Translations under genes and position numbers: made by a program
Notes under the pieces: generated by a model
The model's database searches: none
Seen by the model: only the letters and a program-made list of their open reading frames with translations
Told to the model about the DNA's origin: nothing
Part shown: positions 31,629 to 31,629 of the stretch, piece by piece
Layout: the number at the start of each line of letters is the position of its first letter
How positions within the stretch are numbered: position 1 is the first letter of the stretch
From: Patescibacteria group bacterium
GTDB lineage: Bacteria; Patescibacteriota; Minisyncoccia; Phycocordibacterales; UBA2163
DNA: 31,629 bases
NCBI GenBank assembly: GCA_038064155.1
Contig: JBBTTR010000024.1
Coordinates: forward strand, 1-31,629
Reading direction: 5' to 3'

Positions 31629-31629
31629 C

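Noticed and set aside
1-31629. Alternative genetic code (UGA=Gly as in Gracilibacteria/Absconditabacteria); tRNA or rRNA genes
   Set aside because: All conserved genes translate full length under code 11 with no in-frame TGA; no cloverleaf or rRNA-like segment was recognised in the intergenic gaps.

Overview
An AT-rich chromosomal segment that reads as standard genetic code 11. It most likely comes from a Patescibacteria/CPR (Parcubacteria-like) bacterium; this is inferred from a ValRS without its C-terminal coiled coil, a 4-domain-size S1, a degenerate HisRS paralogue, a tandem VirB2-like pilin array and mostly SD-less genes. The first 4.9 kb is a heavy-metal/thiol accessory cluster (rhodanese-DUF1573, DUF1573, a Cys/His-motif protein, a CopB-type ATPase) punctuated by four copies of a ~105-bp hairpin element. 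The rest is mostly housekeeping (Pif1-like helicase, truB, trxB, ftsZ, ftsA, ybeY, rpsU, lepB, pth, rpsA, gyrA, hsp20, prsW, valS), plus a LamG/FN3 surface protein and a methyltransferase-SBP-pilin cluster. The most striking signal is two collinear HUH/Y1 (RAYT/TnpA-REP-like) genes, each paired with its own short palindrome family. Each palindrome flanks its gene, occurs elsewhere in the window, and is also embedded in frame inside that enzyme's coding sequence at the same position (codons ~57-67); the second enzyme carries a further copy just after its catalytic Tyr. Other perfect palindromes lie inside truB and ybeY. No tRNA, rRNA, CRISPR array, integrase or reverse transcriptase was recognised. 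All calls come from reading motifs by eye; no database searches were run.
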